NCBI GenBank assembly: GCA_027604505.1
Contig: JADIIX010000060.1
Location: 1-64,000 of the forward strand
Direction of reading: 5' to 3'
Source of the DNA: Gonapodya sp. JEL0774
Lineage: Eukaryota
Length of the DNA stretch: 64,000 bases
The position numbers were made by a program, and so were the translations under genes. The notes below the pieces were generated by a model. The model did no database searches, had not been told where the DNA came from, and was given only the letters and a program-made list of their open reading frames with translations. The stretch's first letter is position 1; the number at the start of each line of letters is the position of its first letter. Below, piece by piece: positions 22,672 through 36,300 of the stretch.

Positions 22672-24484
22672 ATGACGACGGATCTTGTGCGTCAGGCTGC
22701 CGAGGCAGCAGGCGTGCAAATGCGAGATCCAACGGCTCTCCAGGTTTGTTTTTGCGTTTTTAGGGTGTGCCGCGAAAGTGGGTTCAGATTTGAAAGTTAC
22801 CATAAGTTTCTTGCCAATGACATCGACTATAGAATACGAGAGGTCATACAAGTACGTTAATGTGGTAAATCAGACTCGAATCCTGCCAACGAGTTGCCGC
22901 TTCCGCTAAATCCTCTCGTGTCATGTCCACATAATGCCACCGCCGTTCCAAAACCTGACTTATCCAGGAAGCTCATAAGTTTATGCGACATTCCAAGCGT
23001 GCTCGACTGGATTCTACAGACATAAATCACGCTTTGCGAGTCAAGAATGTTGAACCACTGTACGGTTTTGGCGCTCCCGACGAGTTTTCCTTTGCATCAG
23101 CCGCTCCTGGAGTCTTCTATGCTAATGACGAGGAACTTAACTTGGATGATCTTATCAATGCTCCATTGCCTATCGTACCACTGGACGTTTCAATTACGGG
23201 TGAGTTCATGACACTGCACTGCCAGACTGCCGACCGGCATGAATAAGAATACTTCGAACAAAAACTTCTCCATGGTCTATGCGATTCCAGGACACTGGCT
23301 TGCCATTGAAGGTGTACAACCGGCGATACCCCAGAATCCCACCCTAAACCGGGACCCTGCTTCCGGAGGCTACACCACAGTGAAGAACGAAACTAGTGCA
23401 GAAGAATCCGCCTCCAAGGCCCTTGTCAGTCAAGTTCTATCCAAGGAGCTGCAACTCTACTATGAAAAAGCCTCTGCAGCGATTTATGCCCAGGACGCGA
23501 AGCTCAACGAGTCGGCTCTCAACAGTTTCTCTGCGGACCCTGGACTGGGTCAGCTTGTCCCTTATCTGGTGCAACTTGCAGCGGAGCGAGTGAGTTATTT
23601 GCGTGCTCGCACTTTGTGACAAAGTCCTGTCAACTGACTGCGCGAACTTCTGCATGGGAAGGTTACTAAGCAGCTGAAGTCCCTACACGTCCTTCAAATG
23701 TCTCTACGTATGCTGCGCGCACTGTTGGATAACCCAAATCATGTGATGGAACCATATGTACGCGGCAGTTTCGACCTATGTGGTTTAATTTTAATCACTC
23801 TCTTTTCGCCCACCCTGTAGCTACACAATATGCTTCCCACCATTATCACTTGCATCGTTGGTAAAAGGCTAGGTGACCCGAGCTCACCCAATTTCTCCGC
23901 CCACTACACTGTACGCTCCGAGGCGGCCGCGCTCTCAGCGCATATATGCACCAAATACTCCTCCGCACACAACTCCATAGCCTCCAGAACATCTCGAACT
24001 CTATTACGAGCATGGCTCGATCCCTCAAAACCTTTTGTTACGCATTACGGTGGGATTGTTGGGCTCGGCGCTATGGGGAAGGAGGTTGTACGAGCAATGG
24101 TACTCCCTAACATAAAAGCGTATGGTGTGCTCATTCAAAAAGCAATGAAGGGAGAGGAAACTGAAATGGGGACAGATCAGGAGGCCAAACAGAGTTGGCA
24201 GGCTGTGCTGGTGAGTGCACGGTCGTTGCGAAGACGATTTACCGATTTCGCAAATCGGACCCTACTCATTTGACGGTCACCACAACTAGGATACCGTTTC
24301 TCCGATTCTTGTTGACAATTTGAAGGATCGACCAGACTTGAGATCGGACGAAGATGTTCTCCAAAAAGAGTTTGAGGCTCAGTACGGGCCAACTTTCGGC
24401 ACAAACCTAATTGATAGGGTCAAAGCTTTGTTGCAAAAGGAGATTCGTAATGATGATAGCATGATAATAGATGGCAGTAATTAA
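22672..24484 (+). CDS. TAF6: TFIID subunit 6, multi-exon
   Basis: LANDIDYRIREVIQ/EAHKFMRHSKR...DINHALRVKNVEPLYGF; HWLAIEGVQPAIPQNP; LSKELQLYY; DPGLGQLVPY. Confidence 0.95.
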
Positions 24485-24610
24485 TTTGAGAACTTAGCGG
24501 TTTTATGTGGCTCTTCCACGATTTTGGTTCTTGGGAAGTGGTAGGCGCATGTGCCAAGTAATTTTCACTTGAGCTGAGGTCTGTTCATCCTCCAACATCG
24601 ATCTCTGAAC

Positions 24611-27600
24611 ATGGCCGACGTTCAGATTGACGAGGCAACTTTTCATCGACGAGCCTTTTTGCTTTGGAATTCATGGAAAGTGAGACTTTCTTGTCTCGAA
24701 TCACCCCGGATGGTTTCTATTACCAACCTTCAGTTCCCCCCCCCAAAACCTCCGACAATCTGCGCTTTCCATGTTTTCCTTCATGTACTGGTGACTCTTG
24801 CGTCAAATGCATCTCTCCTGTTGGGATTCGTCATATCTCTCAGTCGTCCTCGTCGTCGTGGGGAGCGGATACTCTCTTTTTCTTTGTGGGAGCCTCTTCT
24901 GAGGACGAAGCGGACGACTTTGGGCGCAAAACCACATGCGTTCAAGTGTGGCTTGTCCAGTATGAGTTTACTGACACGGCGCTATGTTTCACGAAGGACA
25001 AGCTGGTTGTTCTCACCAGCCAGAAGAAGGGTGAGCTAATTGATCTTTGAACCTGTTCTTTTCCATCATTTTCTTGTTGAATATTTTCACGGAACGGTTT
25101 TTATGCCCTCAACAGCTGCATACTTAGAAAAGCTGCAATCCTCCGAACAGTCCGACAAGGTCCCAATGGAGATTCTGAAGCGCGGAAAGGACATGGCAGA
25201 GAACAGGCAGCTCTGGGAGAAGCTATTACAGCTACTTCGGGGTGTGCGTATGATTAGCACCACACTTTTAACCCTGGGTGTTGTCTGAGCCTCTTGAACA
25301 TCATCCCAGAATCGCGTCGGCTGTGTCCCGAAAGACCAATATGGTGGCAAGATTCATGCAGAATGGACTGACTTCCTAAAGAGCTCGAGTGCCCAGTTGA
25401 ATTACGTGGATGTATCCACGGAGCTTGGAGAGCTTCTCGCGGTCAAAGATGTGGACGCCGTTGTTGGTATCGTGTGTCATTTCTGATTTCAAGCTTTGCT
25501 CTTACTCTGTAAAATATCAGTCGACCATTCGGAGTGCTGCCAAGCTCTCGGACCTCATACTTAACAAAGGACTACAGATCAAGGTTCTCAACGCCATCGA
25601 CGACGGTAAGACCACCACTCACAAGAAGCTGGCCGAGGCCACGGAAGCGATGTTGGACCCGGAGAAAAAGTCTACAGTCAAATTGCCACCAGATGTCAAT
25701 TTGGCGAATGCGGAATGGGTTCATGCGCCTGTCGTTCAGTCAGGTGGCAAGTATGACCTCAAGGCAATCGAAAGTGATGATGGGCAACTCGATCAAGGCG
25801 TTATTGTGTGTATGGTGGGGATAAGGTACAAGAGCTTCTGTGCAAACGTGGGTCGCACTTATATGATAGCGCCGGATGCAGTGAGTTACAAGGAATCTGC
25901 TGAAACCCAGCCCGTCGATACTGAATTTCGATTACCCTGAAAACCACAGCAACGTCAAGTCAATTATGAATTCCTCTGTTCACTGCAAGACCACCTCATC
26001 AAAAAGGTAATCAAACCTGGTGTCAGATGCGACGACGTATACAAGCAAGCTTTGGCATTCATTCGGGCAGGAAAACCGGAGCTTGAGCAATACTTTGTCA
26101 AGTCTTGTGGGGCGTCTGTAAGTGATGGTCTTTCGGCTCATATGGGCATTCTTTCTTGACTGCGCTCGACTGCAATTGCTCTCATCTGGGCTATCAGATG
26201 GGTATCGAGTTCAGGGAGGCCAACTATATCTTGAACATAAAATCTGACCGAACTCTACGCGAGGGAATGGTCCTCAATCTTGCGTTGGGATTTCAAGCTA
26301 TTCCCGACGCGAAGGCGAAAAACTCAAAGCACAAAGCTTATACAATCTATCTGGCCGACACTGTCATGGTTGGGGCAACGGAGACTGAATTCCTTACTCA
26401 CTCATCTCGACTTGCTGTAGACTGCGTCTTCAACTTTGAGGACGAAGAGGAAGTCCCGAAAAAGGAGAGTCAGGCCCCTAAGGCCAATGGTAAAGCCGTT
26501 GACAAAAAGTCTTCTTCGATGCCAACAATCAGCGGAAGTGTGGTGATGAAGGAGCGCACACGCGGTGAGAAACAGGGCAAAAATAGGGAGGATATAGAGG
26601 CGACCAGACGTGAACGACAAAAAACTCTTGCACGGAAGCTGCAGGAACGAGGGAAGGCGCTGTACACGGATGGCGGCGGTAAAGGCAAGAAAGACGAACA
26701 GGTCGTAGTGAAGAAATTTGAGAGTTACAAGGGCGTGGAGAGGCTTCCCCAACCTACCAGGGATGGTGTCAAAGTATGTTCACTTGTCGCCTCGTTTAGC
26801 AGAGATTTCTCAGCACATCGCTTGAACAGATTCATGTTGATAATCGAAACGAGTCCATTGTTCTTCCGATCTATGGGCTCCCAGTGCCATTCCATATTGC
26901 TACGTTGAAAAATCTGAGCAAGAGTGATGAAGGAGAGTTCACTTACTTGCGATTCAACTTTGTGGGTCCAGGTCAGATCGGTTCAAAGAAGGACACTCCT
27001 CTGGTGAGAGCAATACAATTTGCCTTAGTTTTTACAGGAAGTTCATCGCATATTCTTCCCTGTGTGTTGCAGCCCGTGGACGATCCGAATGCCACTTTCA
27101 TCCGCGCCATCACATTCCGCTCTCGTGATACAACCGCGTTCTCCAGCCTCTTCAAAAATATACAGGACCTCAAGAAAGACTACCTGAAGAAAGAAGCGGA
27201 GCGAAAGGAGAAGGCTGATCTCGTTGAGCAGGCCAAACTTATTGAGATGCGAGGAAAGCGGCCGATTAGGATGAGTGACGTGTTCGTCAGACCACAGCCA
27301 GAGAGCAGGAGAGCACCTGGCGATGTGGAAATTCACCAAAACGGACTCAGGTTCCAGGCAATGGCTAAGGGAGGGGAGCAGAGGGTCGGTGGGTGTGCTG
27401 ACACAGGGTTCCGGATCTGGTCGATGATGTGCTTATCTCCTCTTGACAAAGATGTTCTATTTGCCAACATTAAGCATTTGTTCTTCCAGCCTTGCGAGAA
27501 AGAACTGACCGTCATTCTCCACGTCCATTTGAAGAACTACATCATGATTGGTAAGAAGAAGACGAAGGTGCGTCCATTTTAGTCAGTGGGGGATGGCCAA

Positions 27601-28790
27601 ATTGTTGACACTCCTCTCTTCGGGCATTCCGCGCGTGCGTTTCTGATGCACCAGGATGTTCAATTCTATCGTGAAATCTCTGAAATGGTTTCTGACGAAA
27701 CTGGCAACCGCCGTCGCCGACAGTTCCTCAATGATGAGGACGAGTTCCGTGAGGAAGAGGATGAGCGTCGCCGCCGCGCCCAACTGAACCGTGATTTCAA
27801 GGCTTTTGCCGAACAGATAAAGGATCAGTGTCAGACGCAGGGGTTGGACCTGGAAGTGGATGTCCCGTATCGGGAAGCAGGTTTCCGGGGAGTGGCACAT
27901 CGAGAGCTGGTGCTGTTTCAACCGACGGACACTTGCTTGGTGCAGTTGTCCGAGACACCGTTCTTAGTCATTACGTTGGCAGACGTGGAGAAAGTCCATT
28001 TGGAACGCGTGCAATTTGGCCTGCAGAACTTCGACATGGTGTTCGTATTCAAGGATTATCAGCGACCCCCGGTGCATCTGAACACGATTCCGGTCAACGA
28101 TGTGGGAGCTATTTACAACAAAAAGAAGCGCAAGGAGAATAACTTGGAACTAGTCAAAGATCTCCTCGAGTAAGTAGCCCTCCATGCTGTCGGACTTCGA
28201 GAAACCGCCCCACAGCGTTACACAACCTCGCGTCTCACGCCCGACCGTTCTCACCAGCACTATGGATATTCCTTTCACTGAGGGGCCCGTCAACTTGAAC
28301 TGGTCGCAAATCATGAAAACTGTCCAAGAGGATCCTGCCGCCTTTTTCGCGGAAGGTGGATGGTCATTCCTCGAGTCTAAGTCCGATGACGATGAATCGT
28401 CTGAAAGCGAGGCAAGTGTGTACGAGCAAAGTAGTGACGATTCAAACGATGAAAGCAGCGAGGTAAGCCAATCGGCCACCTTTGGTGGTTCAACATACCG
28501 GAGGTTCCGACAATGGTGTTATGCCACTCCTTTAGGACGAGGACAGCGATTTTGATGAGGACGACGACGATGATGAGAGTGACGCTAGTGTGAGTGATGG
28601 TGGTGATGGCAGTGAGGAGGATGATTGGGACGCGCAAGAGGAGAAGGCTCGGATGGGTGAGTTCTGATCATAAGTGCGATTTTGTAGAATATCTCAACGA
28701 GTTTGCTTGTGATTTCAAGATGACGAGAGACGAGAAAAGAGGAAGGCTACAGCTGCAGATGAACTCCCTCGGAAGAAAGCAAAGAATTAG
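24611..28790 (+). CDS. SPT16: FACT complex subunit Spt16, multi-exon
   Basis: [75 protein letters not shown]; acidic tail. Confidence 0.96.
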
Positions 28791-29086
28791 TAGCTGTCCC
28801 CTTGCTTTAAAATTGGGCGCAATAATTTCACCATCTATGATTCCAATAGTAAAATAAAACATGTACATAATATCCGGAAATGACGAACGATGATGGACTG
28901 TGATTTCCGTCACGACGAAAACGCACCACAAAGTCCAGAGTGCCGCGCGGGAACAAATTCAACGATCTCCAGGGTCTAGAGCTCGTTGTTGCAAGGAACT
29001 TACCGTTCCGGGGGACCATCGTCTCGCCAGTGTCCAGTTTACATTTTCGGGTTGCCAACGGAGCCTTGCCTTCCACTCACTGGGAC

Positions 29087-32000
29087 ATGGGTCCTCCGAC
29101 TACCGCGTGGAGTGGAAGTAGAGGGCGAGGGCATCCTACAAATGGATCCTTGGACCGGATACCTCACATATCTGCATCGGGAGTGTCCAGTTGTGGATCC
29201 CAACCCCAACCCATCGAACCTAGTCAGAATGGACAACCGAAAGCGTACGAACAATCTGCGTCGAATTTCATCGGAGCTTCCTCATCTCAGGAACGTTTGG
29301 CGTGGGGAAAGGACTCGAGCGCACTATCAGCGGTGAGAGCTCCTCCCGCCCTGGGCACACGGACTCTTCAAGCACCTCTGGCACCGATGTCACATCCAGT
29401 CCCCTCTGTACCACAATTCCCCGTGCTTTCTTCTCCTCATCGCCATCTCTCCCCCGCTTCCGGACCATCACACCTTCCTCTTGTTCCTCACACGATAGCC
29501 ACAGTCAATCCATCCCCGCCTGGCCTCGGGTCAGAACCCACCACAGCTCTGTCCCACGTACGGCTACCTATTTCTTCTCCGCGAGTCGCACCTGTAGCTC
29601 CACCAGTCACTTCGTCCTTGTCTGCAACCCGTACAAACTCCACCTTGCAATTCAAGAGTCTTCCATTTGTTTCGGTCGGTACAATTTCCGATTTTCCTAC
29701 CTATCGCCGTCGTTTTTCTCGTGGTATCACCCAAGTCCCCCCGGGAACTGTAGTGAACAATCAGAACCTCTGTTTCCGTTTTGCTGATCAACTTTCATCG
29801 CAGAAAGCTGTTGTTGGCTACGCTAGAACGACAACAGTACATCAGTCGCAAAACGAGCGAACACGGAATAGTACACCCTCCACAACCACCTTGAATCATC
29901 AGTTTTCGTCCGGACAGCTTTCTTCAGTGCCCCCCGTGGGAAGCCCTGATACATCATCAGCTCCTACCAACTCAAGAGTCTCTGAACGAGTCAACCCGAA
30001 TGTCGATACCTCTCTTTTGTTCACTCACAACACTCACTCTCCCATTTCATCTCCCACCGAGAAATTTGCAGTTGTCACCACTCCAGCCGCACCTCGAGCA
30101 TCACCAAAGTCATGGGCGGACCTGGTCAAGAGCAAATCGTCGCCTTTGTACTCCGGACCACACATTGGAACGGTTCTTAAAGCTGGAGGTCCTGTGGCTG
30201 GAGGGGTTGCTGGGACAATGGTAGCTGTCGCTGGTGAGCTGCGGGTCCCTTCTGAGTTCCAGTGCCATTTTGTTCAGTGTTAATCATCTAAAACTAATCA
30301 AACTTGACCATATGGACCACCTCTCCGCGGTATCGTTCCAGATTTCCTTCGCCGATACTCCCCCACCACCCAGTTTCCGTCCCAAAACTCCGCTATTTTC
30401 CGGCCGCGGCCCCTCACCAATACTGGCAATACATGCTATCTGAACGCCGCACTCCAGGCTCTCGTTGCCATCACCCCCTTTCGACTTCTCTTCCGCCACC
30501 TTGCCACCACGACATACCTAGCACCCTCCCGATCCGCCGCAGAAGGCTCCCTTTTGCTTGAGGCTCTTGGTGGATTTGTTAGCGCGTTTTATTCCAATGA
30601 GACGGACGCTTTCTCTCCGGATGGCGTGTACGAAGCACTCAGAGGTGTGAAACTCGGTAGGAGCTGGCGGACTGCACGAAGGCTTAATGGAGGCCCTAAA
30701 GGCCAAACCTGGGGAGACGTCAAGGGAAGACAGGAAGATGCCGAGGAGTTCTTAAACCTGCTTTTAGACGGCGTCCACGAGGAGTGTGCCGAGAGTACGT
30801 CAGTTGGCTTGACTGAGTGTGGAGATTATCAGAATTTCTCATATACCTTCAATTTCGCTAATCAAAGTCTTGAAAGAAGACTCAAAGGCGTCGTTGGCGC
30901 TTACCGGGCGCTCAAGCGATGTGGCGTCGTCTAACGGTGACGGTGCTGACGACGCCAGCACGGAGGCTGGCGGGGACCGTGAAGGAACCGAAGGGTGGAT
31001 GGAAGTCGGAAAAAATCAACGAACTAGTTTCACGCGAAAGGTGGGATTGGACTCAGTATTTCGTGGCTTTGAATCTTCAGGTCGATAAATTCTCACGATG
31101 CTCGCTGTTGCCAGACTGAACAAGCTGACACTCCTATATCAAAGATTTTTGGCGGACGACTGAGAAGCGTGGTCAGAGCGCCTGGGGTAAAGGATTCGAT
31201 CGTTTCGGAGCCATTCCAAGCTTTGCAGTTGGATGTAACGGTGAGAGTTATCTGTTAGCGGGAACCGGTCACAATCCTGAGATGCAATGACTCTACTCTT
31301 TGTTTCCCCATCTCATTCTCTTCAAGCCCGATAATGTTCACACAATCACTGATGCCCTTCGCGCACTCACCCACACCGAGCACATCTCTGACTTCCAAAC
31401 CCCGTCTGGAAAGAAAGTCGATGCCACCAAGCAGACCACTTTTGAAGCACTCCCGCCCGTCCTCTTGCTTCATTTAAAGCGCTTCGCCTTCGACAAGCAA
31501 CGGGGTGATGTGGAAAAGGTGGTCAAACCTGTGCACTACCCCGCAACTCTCAAAATTGAACCCAATTTGATATCGCCAGCAGCAAGGTCGGCCCTTAAGG
31601 GTGTGTCATACAAGCTTGTGGCGGTGGTGTATCATCATGGGCTGTTCTCTGCAGGTGGGCACTACACTGCAGATGTCTTGTGGCGTGACTTCAAGCCCCA
31701 GATGCAAGCCATTAAAGTAAGCGGAACAGGCACTGAGGCAACGTCAACTCATGGAACCACACTACATGATTTGCAGTTCAATATGACGAACGGAACCGTG
31801 GGGACGGAGTCTGCTAATGGTCATGCCGAAAACGATGTGGTATTGGCGCTTGCAAACATCGCCACTTCTCGGAATGGCAGCATGCCTTCGGCCATTTCGT
31901 CTGGATTGTCTGGTGGTGGATCATTAGCGTCACCCGCCGGAGCTGAAAGGAATGATGTGCGCGTCGGAGAATGGCTGCACATGGATGACGACATCATGGA

Positions 32001-32088
32001 CAGAGTTTCGGAATCCAAAGTGCTGGAAGCACTGAAACCAGGAAAGGAAACAGCATACTTACTGTTCTACGAGCGGGATGAGATGTGA
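29087..32088 (+). CDS. UBP3: Ubiquitin carboxyl-terminal hydrolase, USP10/Ubp3 family
   Basis: Low-complexity N-terminus with KSWADLVK; Cys box RGLTNTGNTCYLNAALQAL; GRQEDAEEFL; W.EVGK; LHLKRF; His box VYHHG..AGGHYT; AYLLFY. Confidence 0.88.
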
Positions 32089-32205
32089 ATGAGTATTGTC
32101 TGAGAGCGGTATCAAGCACGTGAATATGTGCAAAATGAGCCATGAACAGTATTTGACAGCGCAGCCCCAAACACTGATGTACAGCAGCTAGATAATCCAT
32201 CTCGG

Positions 32206-32954
32206 CTACGCTCCCGATGGTGCAAGTTGTATCAACGTGATATTGTCTCCTTTCAGCAAGATGCGACCTAATTGATCACAAAAGGTTCTCGTTTTTGATT
32301 CGCTCCTTCCAAGCTAAGCTCTCCATCTTCCGCAATTTAAGAACCCACCAAGATCATTTCTCGTTTCTTTCTTCGAATAAATTTCCGCTGCGTCATCGAG
32401 AACAATGTTCTGATTCGTTGAAGTGGGTGGATTAGGCGCAGCGGCATGCCGGAGCGTTCTCATCCAGAACGCCGTCTCACCATAAACTCGTCAAATCCAA
32501 CGATCTTCCCCTCGATTCGCATCTCAGATTGTTCAAAGAGCCATATCTGGACTGGTTGGCGCTGTTTGATGTAGTTGGTATATCGAATGGAACAATTGCG
32601 TTGGACTATCTGACCGCCAGCTCACCCTGGCTGGAAGTACAAAAGTTTCACTTACTGATTGTAAGAACTTGAAAATCAGGTTCTCGTATTAGAATTGGGA
32701 TCCATTTTGTGATGACAATCGATTGGTTCGAGGATCATGGACGTCATCAAAAGAAACACAAGCAAGAGATTCGTAAGATGTCGTATGTTGGAGAGGCCAA
32801 TGATTCAAATGTGGAAGAATGGAGCGAGCAACGAGTCAGTCGCACATCGCAGTCCAGCGCAGCAAAAGTGCCCAAACGAACGATTGACGCACAGGGAAGC
32901 CAAACGAGAACGTACGATGGGCTGCACCATAACCTTCTGAAGTTTGGTCCCCAT
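32206..32954 (-). CDS. SME1: Small nuclear ribonucleoprotein Sm E, 5 exons
   Basis: Spliced: MGTKLQKVMVQPI|NLIFKFLQS|RQPVQIWLFEQSEMRIEGKIVGFDEFM|NIVLDDAAEIYSKKETRNDL|GRILLKGDNITLIQLAPSGA*. Confidence 0.95.
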
Positions 32955-33356
32955 GTTTGCGAAAGATGTACCAGAAACGAAGTTGTGTATGTGAAATGAA
33001 ACGAATAGTGCTGTTTCGGCCAACACCTCACGACTCATTCAGGGGATTGATTTCTTAGGCACGAATGCTTTGAAAGCGTTGGGGGAGCTTGCATGGTTTA
33101 CCACGAGCTACAAGAACATCCATGGTCTCGTTGGATTTCAATACGTATTTTAAATAAATCGGTCTCAGTTGTTCTGTTGCGAGGTGCATGTCACAACACC
33201 GCGAAGCGGAGATTTTCTGATAACGAGAACTCCGATTGCCATGTCAAATCAATGAATTAGGGTGATTTCAGTGAGCTGCGAGCACCAACGTTTAGCGTGA
33301 GCGTGAGTCCGTTCACATTTCAAACCTTACCCTCCCGTTATGTCCAAGAACTTGTT

Positions 33357-36300
33357 TCATCTTGTTGGCATATTCGGCGGAGTTCTATTTTGCCGTCGTG
33401 AAGATACAGGAACTGCCAGGCTAAACGGAGTCCGATGGGGTGGGGAGTTACTCGAGTACGCTCCTAGGGGACTGGACCCAGTTTGAGATGATATTTTGGT
33501 TTTGGTGGGAGTCTCACCAAAATTCCACAGCTGTGTGCGGTGTTGATGGAATGCTTTGTTAGCGCCGTGCCCCAGATTCTAGGATCCATGTCGCATATAC
33601 TTGCCCGCTTTGTGGCCGGGGTCATTGGAGACATTTTTTCCTGAGACCCTGGTGATGGAAAACTCCATTGCTGCACACTTGAGGACGGATCAGGTGGGGT
33701 CGAGGACTGAGCGATACGAGCTCCGGTTAGGTTTGTGCGTGCACTCATTTGCCACAACTGGACTCACCTGAGATCGGAAGAGCTCATCCCAGTGCTTCAC
33801 TGTGGGAACGAACACGCGATTGTAAAATTCAACGATACCAACCGAGTTATCGGTGGCTGTGATGTTCTCCACAGCCTGTCAATATCGAAATGTCGATTGA
33901 ATCCCGACAAACCAGGACTTTGAAAGTCTCACCTCTCTGAATGTTCCCGGCTGTCGCAAATACACGGATTTGAGCTCCTTGAGTGGCAAACCGTACTTCA
34001 CAATCTTCGCCACTGCGTGGATCGAGCAAAGAATGAACGTGTCCAAGTGGCGATGGTCAAGAAGGGACAAGTTCGCAAGAACACGTTCGGTGCACTTGAC
34101 GACCTTTGCATGAGACCCCAAACCGATTTCACAAAGGAAGCAGTGAGAATTGGGGGAAAGAGTGCACTCACCCGAGATACGAAAGACTCGGGATCTTTAA
34201 TTTTTATGTTATGTCTCTCACAGAATGACCTGGCCCGCATTTCACCAAAATTTCTTAGTTTTTGCATGATACACTGCAAGAATTTGGGGCGGTAGGTTGT
34301 CATGTCCCTTATATCAACCATTTCGCGAAGGAAAATATCTCCATAGAGGTCGGCGACAGCTGGTAGAATATGGCGACTTGTTTTACCTGAAAAATGGAAT
34401 TTACTCGCATGGTCAAACCACTGAACAACTAGTCGGAGATCGTTCGATGTTGTACCATTCAAAGTTTCCCTGCAAGCCTCATCGGACCACATTTGATACT
34501 CCATCAGATCGTCTTGAAGCACCTTTAGTCGCTTGTAGACAGTTCCTGGCATCTATTAAATTGATCAAACGGTTAATGTCAGAGTGATTCCTAAGGTTTC
34601 CTCCACACCCACGTAAGAATCAGTTTCGCAGACGAGATCGACGCATATGAAGAAGACAAGCTTGGAGGGACTTAATTCTTCATAGATTGCTCCGAAACTG
34701 GGTGATTCCACCTGATCGCCACGATTAACGTCAAAGAGGGAAGCGAGGGAACTGCGAGCATCGAAAAGAACCTTCCAAACAAATCGTATGATCTCAAAGC
34801 CGAGAACAAGAAGAGCTTTGTGTACCTGTATGTCTTTCAAAATGGCATTTATGGTGGTCTGGGCATTGGGTTTAGTATCGATTAAGTTCGACTTTTGTGG
34901 GCACGCTTCACTCACCGTACATCGCGATCGTGCGTGAATGGACGACAAGTGAATCAAAAACCTTCGATATAATTTGGTCCCCAGCGTCCTGATGAGGCTT
35001 TCCGGATTTGTCCTGGCAAGTTCATTGACATCGCTTTTACACACGGAAAGGGAGAGGTGCGAAAATACCAATGGCTCAAAACTCGATGGAATCATGGTTG
35101 CGAAGGGGTCTGAACTCAGAAATGAATTCAACTCCTTTGCATCGAATTGAGCCCAAACTTGTCAAAAACTAATGAATAGCACTGTGTGTAACGACTCACT
35201 TGATCACACAAGAGATTCAAAAACTTTTCCTTGAGTGCCGCGGTACTTTCTGTGGTGGGGTGTAATGGGAGGTTGCGACGTCGAGATCCGATAGGCGTTA
35301 TCATCATCATATCCTGTTTCGTTCAATGGTGCAAGTCAGTTCGCAATCATGCAAGAGTGCGAAAGAGTCATTACCAAAGAGACTCGCGAAGTCCGCGAAA
35401 GAGCTGTAAGAGTCTTGCTGAGATCTCTCACGCCTGGGGTGCATTTTACAGTAGAGAGTTCACGCCTGGCAATTCTCTTTTGAGGACCTGACATGGGACA
35501 TCAGACCGGTCAATACACATGTGTTGTAACACCGATTTCCCATCTCTTTCATGCAAAACGCACCGATCAGCCGCAGGTTGGGCAAAAATATCCTTCCATC
35601 CAACCCGCCCCCCGCCGTCTCCACATGCATTGCATAGTGATTCCTCATTGACACGAAATTTGCCTCCGAAAAGCCTTTTACTCCATCAGCCATCGAGTCT
35701 TCAAAAGCCTCCCATGGAAAATCCGCAACAGGTGGGCCGATGCGCCGATGCAAAAACTTCCCACTCGAGGTGAAAGGGGCGAGAAATCGCTTGGCAAATT
35801 CAGTTTCGAAGACTTCGTAGTCAGCAAGAGGGAACCCGTAGCGAGCGCAGAGGATTGATTTCAAGAGTTGGGAGTGATTGACCCAGTCGGCGGAAGGAAC
35901 GGAAGGAACAATTTGGTCGGGCGAGAAGGGGGAGCCCATGAAAAGCTCACGCACTGTTATGGAGAAAAGTAAGGTGAGATCAAGGAGGCTCACTTATTCT
36001 TATCATTGGCATCTACTTTGTGAATGCGAGAGATACCTTTTGAGAGTGGTCTTCGTAGCCAAGGGGATGCCTGAGAATACACAAAAGTCGCACAGTCTGC
36101 ATAGGACAGTGGATGGGAGGGGTTGCGTTGTGTCAGGTCGCTCTCAGCATACATATTCAGCCTGAAAGTGATCTTGACTCTCACAGCAACATAGAACAAC
36201 AAATGTCGCTGGATGTGCTTCGGGTGTTGTGAGCTCGTCTATGAGAATATTCAATGTTGCAGGCAGAAAAACGAAAGGCCATAAAATCCTTGGGTAAGGT

